From Terriglobia bacterium (GTDB lineage Bacteria; Acidobacteriota; Terriglobia; Terriglobales; Acidobacteriaceae), in contig CAWEVE010000012.1 of the NCBI GenBank assembly GCA_963812465.1, positions 9,104-73,103 on the forward strand: a DNA stretch of 64,000 nucleotides, in the 5' to 3' direction. Position numbers and translations under genes: made by a program. Positions 32,001 through 46,162 of the stretch are shown here, piece after piece; the stretch's first letter is position 1, and each line of letters opens with the position of its first letter. Below the pieces are notes generated by a model. It saw nothing but the letters and a program-made list of their open reading frames with translations, did no database searches and had not been told where the DNA came from.

Positions 32001-32153
32001 CTAACGTTCTTGCGTGTGTCGCTGAGAAGTTCGCTGGTTTTGATCCAGGGCGCGGTTCAGTTCGCTAATCAGACTCATCAGCTTTTCCGGGTCGCGTTCT
32101 TTGCTGGCTTGTTCGGCAAGGTGGTGCCAATCACTCGGTTGGTGCAGGGCCAT
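32001..32153 (-). CDS. Small conserved protein (50 aa), paralogue of 14841-14993; absent from the ORF track
   Basis: My translation is MALHQPSDWHHLAEQASKERDPEKLMSLISELNRALDQNQRTSQRHTQER-stop. It has the same length and the same DPEKLM-LI-LNR core as the 14841-14993 protein. A purine-rich RBS-like stretch lies upstream. Confidence 0.55.
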   Translation of the reverse strand: MALHQPSDWHHLAEQASKERDPEKLMSLISELNRALDQNQRTSQRHTQER

Positions 32154-32367
32154 AACCACAGTCCCCTTTCCACTGCAACCAACCTACTCCGAAGCAAAAC
32201 CTGTGTCTGAGCAATAGCGCGCACAAAAAAAGGACGACACGGGTAGGGTGTCATCCCCTTTTTTGCGAATTGCGGTTGTTGATGCAGAGAAACCCTAGCA
32301 TTGGCAGCAGGGGTGAACTGGTCAAAATTGACCATTTAACAACGGCGCATTCTTATCTTTAATCCAA

Positions 32368-32400
32368 GCAAAAAATCAGGGCTGACTTGAAGTCAGCCCT
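32368..32400 (-). terminator. Rho-independent terminator of dps
   Basis: A 10-bp stem, agggctgact-tga-agtcagccct. On the minus strand it is followed by GATTTTTTG. It sits 29 nt past the dps stop. Confidence 0.65.
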
Positions 32401-32428
32401 TAAGTTCGGCTTTACCCGGCATGTTTCC

Positions 32429-33028
32429 CTAGTCGCGGACATCGGACAACGGCATGTTCACCAGATGCTCGCTCAGGAACCATACCTGCAATTCGTTGGT
32501 TCGCAGAACGTCGCTGACGGCCAGATCGTTGGTTCCGTCATCGCCGAGCTTGTCGGCGCGTTCCGCGAGTTCGCGGCACTCACCGATGATGATCTTGTGA
32601 GCATCGAGCAGACGCGAGAGCTGCACCGGCACTTCTTCGCGTCCGCGCGGCGGGCGCTCGATCCGCGTGGTCTCGGCCACGTCCGGCGCCATGGCAAGGC
32701 TCACGCCTCCCAGCAACTGAATGCGCTCGGCGATGGTATCGACCAACTCCAACTGCTCGGCATAATGCTTGTCGAATAGAAGATGAAGCTGATAGAAAGT
32801 CGGTCCGGCGACTTGCCAGTGCGATTTCTTGTACAGATCGCGCAGGGTCATGGTGTCGGCTAGAAGCTGGTTAAGGTGCTCGGTCATTTCCAGGCGGACT
32901 GGTTCTTCGAGTTCCAGCGGCAGCGCATGGCTCACGGTGCCGTACTTCTGGATTTCTGGAGCTGACTGGTGAAAATGCGGCTGGGCGGTGACTCCGCCGT
33001 TGTTACCGGAAACTGATTTCTTCGGCAT
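32429..33028 (-). CDS. dps: Dps family DNA-protection/ferritin-like protein
   Basis: ATG at 33028 with a GAGGAG RBS. LNQLLADTMTLRDLYKKSHWQVAGPTFYQLHLLFDKHYAEQLELVDTIAERIQ is the Dps ferroxidase-centre region. Confidence 0.9.
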   Translation of the reverse strand: MPKKSVSGNNGGVTAQPHFHQSAPEIQKYGTVSHALPLELEEPVRLEMTEHLNQLLADTMTLRDLYKKSHWQVAGPTFYQLHLLFDKHYAEQLELVDTIAERIQLLGGVSLAMAPDVAETTRIERPPRGREEVPVQLSRLLDAHKIIIGECRELAERADKLGDDGTNDLAVSDVLRTNELQVWFLSEHLVNMPLSDVRD

Positions 33029-33325
33029 CGGAATTCTCCTCTTCAATTCTAATTCTGTAGTTCCTGATTTACTTCCTTTTGGATTGGTTTCCTCAGACAA
33101 CACGATTCAAAATCTTCAAATGACCGATTGCTTGTGATGGATGTTGGTTTGCATAGGTTGCCGCTAAGAATTGATCTCAGTGAGCAGGGCGAACACTCAT
33201 TATAGACCTGTCCGGGCCGCTGGAGGTTTGGTGCGTCCTGACAGACTCAAGGTGCCGGGCCAGCAAAATTCCGCATAATTGACTATCATGGAAGGTTCCG
33301 CATTCATTGATGGAGAAAACCAGAC

Positions 33326-36004
<2,679 letters not shown>

Positions 36005-36010
36005 GACGTA

Positions 36011-36100
36011 ATGTAGGCGCGAGCGTCCTCGCTCGTGCGGGAGCGCTCCACGATGATCAGGCCGTGGAGCCGCACGAGCGGGATCGCTCGGCGCCTACAT
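36011..36100. repeat. Palindromic intergenic element (family B, TGTAGGCGCGAGCGTC core)
   Basis: atgtaggcgcgagcgtcctcgctcgtgcgg (36011-36040) pairs with ccgcacgagcgggatcgctcggcgcctacat (36070-36100). A second copy lies at 39423-39519. Confidence 0.85.
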
Positions 36101-36124
36101 CGAACCGCCAGGAGTAAATATTCA

Positions 36125-37861
36125 GTGACAGAATTCAAGCTGCCGGAACTCGGCGAGAACATTGATCAGGGCGACTTGGTCCGCCTGATGATTTCTCCGG
36201 GCGCGAACGTGACCGAAGGCCAGCCGGTGATGGAATTGGAAACCGACAAGGCGGTGGTCGAAGTGCCTTCTTCCGTGACCGGCACGGTAACGGAAATTCG
36301 CGTTAAAGAAGGACAGAAGATCAAAGTCGGCCAGGTCATCTTCACTGTCGAAAATGGCGCTGGGGCCAAAGTGAAAGCCGTCGAGCCCAAGGCTCCGACG
36401 AAAGCGGCAGAAAAGGCGCCTGCCCCAGCTGCCAAAGCCGCAGCCGCCAGCCGAAGCTCCACCGACGGCGGCTCCCGCCGCTCCGCCGTCACCGGCCGCA
36501 ACCGGTGGCGCGACTGAATTCAGGCTGCCGGAACTGGGAGAGAACATCGATCAGGGCGATCTGGTGCGGCTGATGATTTCTCCGGGCGCGAAAGTTTCCG
36601 AAGGCCAGCCGGTGATGGAACTGGAAACTGACAAGGCGGTGGTGGAAGTTCCGTCTTCGGTGACGGGCACGGTCAAGGAAATCAAGGTCAAGGAAGGCAC
36701 CAAGGTCAAAGTTGGCCAGGTGATCTTCACCCTGGAAGGCGGCGGAACCGCGCAGGCGCAGAAACCGAAGCACGCTCCGGTCGAACATATTTCCGAGCAG
36801 CATGAGGCTCGCTTGTCGGTTCAGGCGGCGATACAGGCCGAGGGCAAAACCGAGGCGCAGGTATTTCTGCCCGATCAGCCGCAGGTTCAGGCGCCCAAAA
36901 GTTTTGCCATGCCCGAACAGCTGGGCAAGGTTGCGGGGACAGAGCATCGCGCGCCCGCGCCCGCAGCGCCTCACGTCCGCCGGCTGGCGCGAGAGATCGG
37001 CGTCGATATTTACGAAGTCAAAGGCAGCGGCCCGGGTGGACGCATCAGCGAAGATGACGTCAAAGTTTACGCCAAGTCGTTGCTCACTTCGGCTTCGGCT
37101 CGATCAGCGCAGGGCAGTCACTTTCGCGCAGCCGCCGCTTCCCGATTTCACCAAGTTTGGGAAAGTGGAACGCGTCTCCATGCGTGGCGTGCGGCGCAAG
37201 ACGGCGCAGCATCTTTGGGAAGCCTGGACCACAATTCCGCACGTCACCCAGCAGGACAAAGCCGATATCACCGAACTGGAGCAGTTGCGCGCCCGCTTCG
37301 CGCCCAAGGCCGAAGAAGCCGGCGGCAAGATGACGGTGACGGCGATCGCGCTGAAGGTCGTCGCCTCCGCCCTGAAGGTTTTTCCGCAGTTCAATGCCAG
37401 CATCGACATGGCGAAAGAAGAAATTGTCTACAAGCAATACATCAACGTGGGCGTCGCCGTGGACACCGATCGCGGCCTCCTGGTCCCGGTGATTCGCGAT
37501 GTGGACAAGAAAAATATCGTCGAACTGGCCGCCGAACTGACCCAGATTTCCCGTCGAGGCAAAAGACAAGAAGCTCACGCCCGCGGAGATGGAAGGCGGG
37601 ACATTCACCATCACCAATCTCGGCGGAATCGGCGGGACCGGATTTTCGCCGATCGTGAATTATCCCGAAGTTGCGATTCTCGGACTGTCGCGCTCCAGCA
37701 TGGAGCCGATCTGGATGAATGGCAAATTCGAGCCGCGGCAGGTGCTGCCGCTATCTCTTTCCTACGATCATCGGCTGATTGATGGCGCCGATGCCGCCCG
37801 ATTCCTGCGCTGGATCGCGGAAGCGTTTGAACAGCCCTTCCTTCTGTCGGTGCAGGGATAG
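36125..37861 (+). pseudogene. aceF: Dihydrolipoamide acetyltransferase E2, two lipoyl domains (frame breaks ~36448, ~37115, ~37551)
   Basis: GTG 36125 follows an AGGAG RBS. Two lipoyl domains are present (ELETDKAVVEVPSSVTG, twice). Then come the E3-binding domain (APHVRRLAREIGVDIYEVKGSGPGGRISEDD) and the catalytic domain ending [18 protein letters not shown]. The pieces lie in four successive frames. Confidence 0.9.
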
Positions 37862-37880
37862 AGCCGAATGAAAATCTATA

Positions 37881-37956
37881 AACCACGAAGGACACGAAGG
37901 TACACGAAGGAACTCTCACTGGCTTTCCTTCGTGTAACTTCGTGTCCTCTGTGGTT
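37881..37956. repeat. Hairpin element (family A, imperfect copy)
   Basis: aaccacgaaggacacgaaggtacacgaaggaa pairs with ttccttcgtgtaacttcgtgtcctctgtggtt, with a few mismatches. It belongs to the same family as 30080-30161. Confidence 0.85.
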
Positions 37957-37973
37957 AATGCCTTTGCTATTGA

Positions 37974-39398
37974 ATGACTGAAACTTCAAACTTGCATATT
38001 GCAGTGGTGGGCGGCGGGCCGGGCGGCTATGCGGCTGCCTTTCTGGCGGCCGACCTCGGAATGAAAGTCACTCTGATCGACCCGGAAGCGAATCCTGGCG
38101 GAGTGTGCCTGTATCGCGGCTGTATTCCCTCGAAAGCTTTGCTGCACGTGGCCAAGCTGATCGATGAGGCCCGCCACGCCAAGAATTGGGGAATCGAGTA
38201 CGGCGAACCCAAGATTGATCTGGCCCGCCTGCGGTCGTGGAAGGAAGGCGTCGTTAAGAAACTGACCGGCGGGCTGGGCGCGCTTTCGAAGCAGCGCAAG
38301 GTGGAATACATCCAGGGACGCGCGGCGTTCGAGAATTCGACCACGCTGCGTATTTCAAGAACCGGCGGCGGCGATCAGACTCTGAGTTTTGATCGCATCA
38401 TCCTCGCGACTGGCTCCCGTCCGGCCATCATTCCCAGCCTTAAGCTGGACAGCCCGCGCGTGATGGATTCCACCTCCGCGCTGGATTTGAGCGAGGTGCC
38501 GGGAACGTTGCTGGTGGTGGGTGGCGGATACATCGGACTGGAATTGGGCACGGTGTACGCGGCCCTCGGCTCGAAAGTTTCGGTTGTCGAAATGCTGCCG
38601 GGATTGCTTCCCGGAGCCGATCGCGATCTGGTGTTGCCGTTGCACAAGCGCGTGGAAAAGATTTTCGATTCGATTCTGCTCAACACCACCGTAGCGTCCA
38701 TGAAAGAAGAAGCGAACGGCATCCGCGTAACTTTTGGCGGTGCTGATGTGAAAGAGACCGAGAAAGTCTTCGACAAGGTTCTGGTCTCGGTGGGCCGCAA
38801 GCCGAATTCTGAAATCGCAGGCCTGGACAAAACGCAGGTTCAGGTCGGCCCGCGCGGATTTGTCCAGGTGAACAAACAGTTGCAGACCAACGATCCCGCG
38901 ATTTACGCGATTGGCGATCTGGTGGGCGAGCCCATGCTGGCGCACAAAGCTTCGCATGAGGGACGGACTGCTGTCGAAGCCATCGCCGGACACAAAGTCG
39001 CGTTTGAGCCGGCCGCTATTCCCGCCGTGGTTTTCACCGATCCTGAGATCGCCTGGTGCGGTCTTACCGAAACCCAGGCGCAGAAAGAAAATCGCGAAAT
39101 CAAAGTGGCGAAATTTCCCTGGGCTGCGTCCGGCCGCGCCATGACCGTGGATCGCACCGAGGGCATGACCAAGCTCATCCTCGATCCCCAGACCGAGCGC
39201 GTGCTGGGCGTAGGCATTGTCGGCGCAGGCGCGGGAGAGCTCATCGCCGAAGGCGTGTTGGCAGTCGAGATGGCAGCGGTTGCCAAGGATATTGCTATGA
39301 CCATCCATCCGCACCCCACGCTGTCGGAAACAATCATGCAATCGGCGGAAGTCTTCTTCGGAACCAGCACCGACATTTATCGGCCGAAGAAGAGTTAA
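37974..39398 (+). CDS. lpdA: Dihydrolipoyl dehydrogenase (E3)
   Basis: 474 aa. FAD motif [12 protein letters not shown], redox-active disulfide [14 protein letters not shown]-terminal HPHPTLSE. Confidence 0.95.
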   Translation: MTETSNLHIAVVGGGPGGYAAAFLAADLGMKVTLIDPEANPGGVCLYRGCIPSKALLHVAKLIDEARHAKNWGIEYGEPKIDLARLRSWKEGVVKKLTGGLGALSKQRKVEYIQGRAAFENSTTLRISRTGGGDQTLSFDRIILATGSRPAIIPSLKLDSPRVMDSTSALDLSEVPGTLLVVGGGYIGLELGTVYAALGSKVSVVEMLPGLLPGADRDLVLPLHKRVEKIFDSILLNTTVASMKEEANGIRVTFGGADVKETEKVFDKVLVSVGRKPNSEIAGLDKTQVQVGPRGFVQVNKQLQTNDPAIYAIGDLVGEPMLAHKASHEGRTAVEAIAGHKVAFEPAAIPAVVFTDPEIAWCGLTETQAQKENREIKVAKFPWAASGRAMTVDRTEGMTKLILDPQTERVLGVGIVGAGAGELIAEGVLAVEMAAVAKDIAMTIHPHPTLSETIMQSAEVFFGTSTDIYRPKKS

Positions 39399-39422
39399 TC
39401 CTGCGCGAGATCTTCCGATTCA

Positions 39423-39519
39423 ATGTGGGCGCGAGCGTCCTCGCTCGTGCTGGGCGTGAGCGGGACATTCCTGCTGGGTGTGAGGCACTGCCGCACGAGC
39501 GGGACGCTCGCGCCTACAT
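39423..39519. repeat. Palindromic intergenic element (family B, second copy)
   Basis: atgtgggcgcgagcgtcctcgctcgtgc (39423-39450) pairs with gcacgagcgggacgctcgcgcctacat (39493-39519). Confidence 0.85.
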
Positions 39520-39541
39520 TACAATCTGCTAGAGAGAAATC

Positions 39542-41308
39542 ATGTTTGCGTTGCTGAGACGAACGCTGCTGTCTGGCCATATGTCTGGCGGCGATTCTGC
39601 CGGCCTCGGCTTATCAGCTATTGCCGGGACAGCAGTCTGCGAGCGCGAGCGGAACCACTTCGTCCAAAGCGACGCGCAGCCGACCCGCTCGGCCGCAACA
39701 CCCCCAGCGGCACTCTCTACGGATTTCTTCAGGCCGCGCAATCCGGTAATTATTCGATTGCGGCGCAGTATCTGCAACTGTCCGCCGCCAAGCGCCTTAC
39801 CCAGGGCGAAGATCTTGCTTCGAAACTGAAACTCGTAATTGATCGCGCCTTTACCGGCGACCTGCGGCGAATCAGCAACCAGCCGGAGGGAACACCGCAG
39901 GAAGGAATGCCTTTCGACCGGCAACGCGTCGGCACGCTCAACGCCGGCGACGTTGACGCCGATCTCATTCTTGTCCGCACCGCCGACGCCAACGCTGGAC
40001 AAATCTGGCTCATCTCGTCCGACACTCTGGCCAAGGTGCCTGAGTTGTACGAGCAGGCCGCGGTACATCAGGTGGAAACTCATCTGCCGCAAGCGCTGGT
40101 GCGTCACGATTTTCTGGGGCTGCCGTTGTGGCAATGGCTGGCAATCCTGCTGGCGATTCCGGTGGCCGCGCTTCTGGCATGGCTGGCGGTTCAGCTTCTG
40201 CGATTGCCCTGGTACAGCTGGGCGCGCTACCGGCAGCACGCCGTAGCTGCGGCCTGGAGTTCTTTTGTTCGTCCGCTGTGGCTGCTGCTGGGCGTGTTGA
40301 TCCACGAAATTCTGGTGGCTTACATCCGCATTCCGGTCCTGCCCCGGCACCACTACCAGCAGGTGGCGGGAGTGGTCGCGGTCATCGCATTCAGTTGGCT
40401 GCTGTGGCGATTTCTGCGAGAGGTGATGCGCAGCGTGCGGCAGCGGGCGCTGCTCTCCGGGCGCACGGGCACCGGATCGCTCATGCTTCTGGGCGAACGC
40501 GTGCTCAAGGCCGCGATTTTTGTGCTGGCTATTTTTCTGGTGCTGGGCACTCTCGGCTTCAACCTCACCACACCGCTCGCTGGATTAGGCATTGGCGGTA
40601 TCGCGGTCGCATTCGCGGCCCAGAAGACTCTGGAAAATCTGTTCGGCGGGGTTTCGATTCTCGGCGACGAAGTGATCAGCATTGGGGATGTCTGCCGCTT
40701 CGGCGATCGCACAGGCACGGTGGAAGACATCAGTCTGCGCTCCACCCGGATTCGTACTCCCGACCGGACTGAACTCTTCATCCCCAACGGTTCGCTGGCG
40801 ACGATGAACGTGGAGAACCTGAGCCGCCGCGACAAGATCCTGTTCAATACCAAGCTGGGACTGCGTTGCGAGACTTCGCCCGACCAGATGCGTTACGTGC
40901 TGGTGCAAATCCGTCGTCTGCTTTACGAACATCCCAAAGGTGGAAACCGAGGGCGCGCGCAACCGCTTCATCGCATTCGATGAGAGCTCGCTGACGATGG
41001 AAATATTCTGTTACGTGCTGACTCGTGACTTCAACGAGTTCCTGGCCATCCGCGAAGACCTGCTGCTGCGGATCATGGACATCCTCGCGGCGGCCGGCAC
41101 GGGCCTTGCATTCCCCTCGCAGACTGTCTATCTGGGCCGGGATACGGGTATCGACAAAGAGAAAGCGGAGCAGGTTGCTCGCCAGGTCGAGAAATGGCGA
41201 GAGGGCAACGAGTTGCCTTTCCCCGACTTTCCACCCGCCGAAATTTCCGAGTTCAGCAATTCGCTGCCTTATCCGCAGCCGGGCTCAGCGTTGGGAAAGC
41301 GGGAGTGA
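39542..41308 (+). pseudogene. Mechanosensitive ion channel, MscS family, with N-terminal periplasmic extension (frame breaks ~39568, ~39675, ~40938)
   Basis: Signal peptide MFALLRRTLL then CLAICLAAILPASA, followed by DPLGRNTPSGTLYGFLQAAQSGNY. TM helices and the MscS core follow (GLGIGGIAVAFAAQKTLENLFGGVSILGDEVISIGD...GTVEDISLRSTRIRTPDRT). The C-terminal domain continues in ORF 40940-41308. Confidence 0.85.
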
Positions 41309-41386
41309 AGGCTCTGCGCGTCCGGCCGTTTTTTCACGGCGCGCCGATTCCGCTCAGGAAGCGTGAGTGCAAGTAGCGTGGCTCGT

Positions 41387-42016
41387 CTATTTGACTATCG
41401 GTGAGTGTTTTCGCCGAGTGGCCCACGCTTGCAATGCCAGATGGGTCGGCCAGTACACCACCAGCGGCACAAGAATCAGATATCCCAGCAGGTAGAGCCA
41501 TCCTGGAACCAGGTGTTGTTCTCGAAAAAATGGCCCGCGGGCCCAGTTGATGTCGAATTCCGGCCGCCAGAAATAATTGATCGGCACCACTACCCACGCG
41601 ATCAAAGTTTGCAACTTCCATCCACGCTGGTCATAGCCCAGCCGCCAGATCGCCCAGAGCAACAGCGGCGGCGTGACCAAGTGAAACAGGCTCAGCAGGC
41701 GGACAAACATCGGAACGCCGCTGTCGAACATGTACTCGGTGCCGCCGATCAGATGCCTGCCACTCAGCAGGGCGCCCAGCAAATCGATGGTGTAGAGACT
41801 TTGGAATAGAAGCAATCCGGTGGCTTGGCAGGAAAAAAGCAGCGGGCTTTCCAGCCAGAGCGCGATCGCGATAAAAACATTCCCCAAGTCGCAAAAATAG
41901 AGGAGATTCTGCGCCCCATAGTGCTTCCAGTACACCGGCGCCCACACTGCCACCCAGATCGTCCACGAGATTTTGAGCCACAGCGGCACCCGCATGGCCG
42001 CCATTGTAACCGCCAA
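41387..42016 (-). CDS. Hypothetical integral membrane protein
   Basis: 209 aa with about 5-6 hydrophobic helices and Trp-rich loops. No family recognised. Confidence 0.6.
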   Translation of the reverse strand: MAVTMAAMRVPLWLKISWTIWVAVWAPVYWKHYGAQNLLYFCDLGNVFIAIALWLESPLLFSCQATGLLLFQSLYTIDLLGALLSGRHLIGGTEYMFDSGVPMFVRLLSLFHLVTPPLLLWAIWRLGYDQRGWKLQTLIAWVVVPINYFWRPEFDINWARGPFFREQHLVPGWLYLLGYLILVPLVVYWPTHLALQAWATRRKHSPIVK

Positions 42017-42057
42017 TTACCACAGTAACTTGCTGCTCCCGAACCCTCTACCTACGA

Positions 42058-44001
42058 TTGAATGCTATGAGTTACCAAGCGCTATTATTCTGCCCGGATG
42101 AGAAAACGGCTCGCGTAGTCAGCCAGGTATTAAGCGATCTCGAATTCAGTGTCGAGCCCTGCAACGAGCCTTTTGCCGCGGTCAAGAAATTGATGGGGCA
42201 GCATTTCGACGCGATCGTGGTGGATTGCGATAACGAGCAGAATGCAGCTCTGCTGTTCAAGAGCGCGCGCAACTCCGATTCGAACCAGGCTTCGCTGGCA
42301 GTCGCGGTGGTTGAAGGACAAGCGGGCGTGGCCAAGGCTTTCCGCCTGGGCGCCAACCTGGTGCTGACCAAACCAATTCACGTAGAACAGTCCAAAGGCA
42401 CGTTGCGTGTGGCTCGTGGTTTATTGCGCAAGGGACAGACCGCGAAACCGGCAGGCAGCGTTTCAACTCCCGCGGCACCGGTTGCAGCGAGACAGCAGCC
42501 ATCGTCTTTGCCTTCGGTGTCCGCGACATCGACCTCTGTTCCGCATTGTCTTCGTCTTCGTTGTCTGCGCCGTTTCCATCACACTCAGCCGCTCCGCCGC
42601 CGAGTGCCAGCGCTTCCGCCTTCGAACTTGACGCGGAACCTTCTCCGCAGCCTGATACCGTCGACGCAGCGCTGCTCGAATACATGCCGGACTCTGCTCC
42701 GGCGGGTCAGCAATCGCCGTCTGCGGCTGATTCCAGTTCGTCCAAGCAGTATGCCTGGCAGCCACGCTCCAAGCCCATGGCGGAGCCGATGGCCTCGGCC
42801 CTGCGCCGGGCCGCGGAAGCTGCGGGAAAAGTTGAGTACGACAAACCGGCGGCGAGCCACGCCGCCGCTCTTCCTCAGCTCAAGCGACTCAGGGCAAGGG
42901 GGGCGCTGCAGCAGCACCTGCTCGGGCTAGGGAAATTCCGCTGTCGAGCGCGCCGGCAATCGAACCTAACAGTCGACCGGTCGGCCGGCACAACACAAAC
43001 CGCGAGAGCCAGGACGTCCAGTCGGACGCCACACTGGGTTGGGAATCGGACTCTGCGGCTGCAGTTGAGGCGCCCAGTTTTTCTTCTCCCAGTTTTTCTT
43101 CTCTTGGATCGGGTCTCGGATCATCGCTGGGAGAAGATCAGGAAGCACAAGCCGCCGGCTCCGGGGGCAGCAAGAAGACTCTGCTGGTTGCGGTAGTGCT
43201 CCTTGGCGTCGCCGCGGCTGGTTATTTTGGTTGGACCAGGATGCAGTCCGCACATCCCACACCGGCGCCGCAGGCGATCGCGCCCGCGACAACCGGGACC
43301 GGCTTCAATTCCCGCCGAACCGGTGAGTTCCGCTGCTGACTCTCAGACTCCGGCAGGCGATATTACGACTCAGACCCAGACTTCGGAAACGCCCAGCGCC
43401 AACCCGCTTCCCTCCAAACCTTCTGCTGCCGTGGTGGCGGAGATTCCGGGGAGCAAGAATCCTGCTCCCGTCAAGGCGACCAGCCAGTGAAAATGATGAA
43501 ACCGTGGTCAAACCACCCGTGGCCGCGAAGGTCAGAACAATCTCAGCCTCTGGTGGTCAAGAATGGTTCCTCAACTGCAGCCCAAGCTGGAAGCTCCAGT
43601 CGAGGAGCCAGAGCAAGCGCCCGCGGCGACCAGCATCGCCGAGCAACACGAACAGCTCGGCGCTGAACGGTGTGGTCAACACGACTGCCGTCAATGCGGC
43701 AAGAGCGCCGCAGCAGACGCTGAGAATCTCGCAGGGCGTTTCACAGGGACTGATACTCAAGAAAGTTCAGCCCATATATCCGCCGCAGGCAATGCAGATG
43801 CGCCTGGAAGGGAAAGTCGAGCTGCAGGCGAACATCTCCAAGACCGGCAGCATCACCGGGGTCAAACAGTTGAGTGGCGACGCGGTTCTTGGGCGCGCCG
43901 CCGCGGACGCGGTGCGGCAATGGAAATACAAACCCTACTATCTGAATAATGAGCCAGTGGAAGTTGAAACTCAGATTACGGTGAACTTCAAACTGCCGTA
44001 G
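42058..44001 (+). pseudogene. Receiver-like domain / low-complexity linker / TM / TonB C-terminal domain protein (at least 4 frame breaks)
   Basis: N-terminus is REC-like (ALLFCPDEK...FDAIVVDCD...LVLTKP). A long Ser/Ala/Pro-rich region follows, then a TM helix (KKTLLVAVVLLGVAAAGYFGW in a third frame). The C-terminal TonB_C domain is ILKKVQPIYPPQAMQMRLEGKVELQANISKTGSITGV...AAADAVRQWKYKPY. Confidence 0.65.
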
Positions 44002-44156
44002 TCAGGGTTCAACCGGCTAAGCATTTCGGCGCGAGACCTCCAATCTCGCGCCTTTTTCTTGCCCGTTTCTGTCCCCGTAGCGCCCTTTTCCGTCCGCGTT
44101 ATAATCAAGAGATGCCCGGACGTCAGAATTCCCATCTGTAAGCGGGCGTCGACTTT

Positions 44157-46149
44157 ATGGACTTCAAATTAGTCAGCGACTACAAGCCGCGCGGCGACCA
44201 GGCTACTGCCATCGAATCCCTGGTTCGCGGCGTTTTCGACCGCGAGCAGCACCAGGTTTTGCTCGGAGTCACCGGCTCGGGCAAGACCTACACCATGGCC
44301 AAGGTGATCGAGCAGGCCAACCGGCCCGCGATGGTGATGGCGCATAACAAGACCCTGGCGGCCCAGCTCTATCACGAATTCAAGAGCTTCTTTCCCCATA
44401 ACGCGGTGGAATATTTCGTCTCCTACTACGACTACTACCAGCCCGAGGCCTACGTTCCCGCGGCCGACCTCTACATCGAAAAAGAATCCACGATCAACGA
44501 CGAACTCGACAAGCTGCGGCTGTCGGCGACCCGGTCGCTGTTTGAGCGGCGCGACTGCCTGATCGTGTCTTCGGTGAGCTGTATCTATGGCCTGGGCTCG
44601 CCCGAAGCCTACTACGGCATGCTGCTTGTTCCTGGAAAAGGGCCAGAAGATCAAGCGCGAGGACATCACCCGCAAGCTGGTGGAGATTCTCTACGAGCGC
44701 ACCGACGGCGACTTCCGGCGCGGCACTTTCCGCGTGCGCGGCGACGTGATCGAAATCTTCCCCACCTACGACGACATGGCCTATCGCGTCGAGTTATGGG
44801 GAGACGAAGTGGAGTCGCTCTCGCAGATCGATCCCCTGTTCGGCACGGTCAAGCAGAAATATGTTCGCCTGCCGATTTATCCCAAGACTCATTACGTGAT
44901 GAAGCCGGAGACTCGCGACAAGGCCGCGCAGTCCATCCGCGAAGAACTGCTGTGGTGGGAAGCGGAACTGGAGAAGCAGGGCCGGCTGGTGGAGGCGCAG
45001 CGGGTGCACCAGCGCACCATGTATGACCTGGAGATGATCAAGGCCATGGGCTACTGCCATGGCATCGAAAATTATTCCCGCCACTTCACCGGCCGGCTGC
45101 CGGGCGAACCGCCGCCGACTCTGCTCGACTACTTCCCTCGCGACTTCATGATGTTCATCGACGAGTCGCACCAGACGGTGCCGCAGTTGCACGGCATGTA
45201 TCACGGCGACCGCTCGCGCAAGGAAACATTGGTCGAATACGGCTTCCGTCTGCCGTCGGCGCTGGACAACCGCCCGCTGACGTTCGAAGAATTTGAACAC
45301 CGGATGAACCAGATGGTCTACGTTTCGGCCACGCCCGGGCCCTACGAACTGACCAAGTCCGCAGGCGTGGTGGTGGAGCAGATTATCCGGCCCACTGGCC
45401 TGGTCGATCCGCCGGTCGAAATTCGCCCGGTCAAGGGACAGATCGACGACTTGCTGCACGAGATTCGCGATCGGGTGGCGCGCGGCGAGCGCGTGCTGGT
45501 GACCACGCTCACCAAGCGCATGTCCGAAGACCTGGCCGAGTACTACAGCGAAGTGGGCGTGAAGTGCCGCTACATGCACTCCGAGATTGAGACTCTGGAG
45601 CGGGTAAAGATTCTGCGCGATCTGCGCAAGGGCGAGTTCGACGTGCTGATCGGCATCAACCTGCTGCGCGAAGGCCTCGACCTGCCCGAAGTTTCGCTGG
45701 TCGCGATTCTCGATGCCGACAAAGAAGGCTTCCTGCGGTCGAGTGGATCGCTCATCCAGACCATCGGCCGCTGCGCCCGCAATCTGAACGGCCGCGCCGT
45801 TCTCTACGCCGATCGCATGACCGACTCGATGAAGAAAGCCATGGGCGAAACCGACCGCCGGCGCGCCATCCAGGTGGCCTACAACGAGGCCAACGGGATC
45901 ACGCCGGAGTCCATCATGCGGCCGCTCGACATGACCCTGGCCCGGATCATCGAAGCCGACTACACCGATCTGACCGACGTCGAGGCGGAAGGCATGCCCG
46001 AATTCAAGTCGCAGGAAGAGCTGGACGCCTACATCGCGAAGCTGGAAAGCGATATGCGCGAAGCGGCCAAACGCTTTGAGTTTGAGAAGGCGGCCAAGCT
46101 GAGAGACATGATCAAGGAGTTGCGGACGAAGGAATTTTTGATCGCGTAG
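44157..46149 (+). pseudogene. uvrB: Excinuclease ABC subunit B (frame break ~44627)
   Basis: N-terminal part: [15 protein letters not shown]...[12 protein letters not shown]. After EAYYGMLL the sequence continues [24 protein letters not shown]... in the next frame (ORF 44587-46149), which carries the helicase motifs and the C-terminal UVR domain. Confidence 0.95.
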
Positions 46150-46162
46150 GAAAAGCCGCTGC

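Noticed and set aside
31714-32210. Track ORFs 31714-31965 (minus) and 31773-32210 (plus).
   Set aside because: Both are read straight through tRNA-Gly and tRNA-Cys. The only plausible coding sequence in this interval is the 50-aa minus-strand ORF at 32001-32153.
36125-36745. A ~230-bp direct repeat at about 85 percent identity: 36128-36360 versus 36512-36745.
   Set aside because: It is explained by the two tandem lipoyl domains of the E2 acetyltransferase, a normal feature of AceF. It is not a mobile or non-coding repeat.
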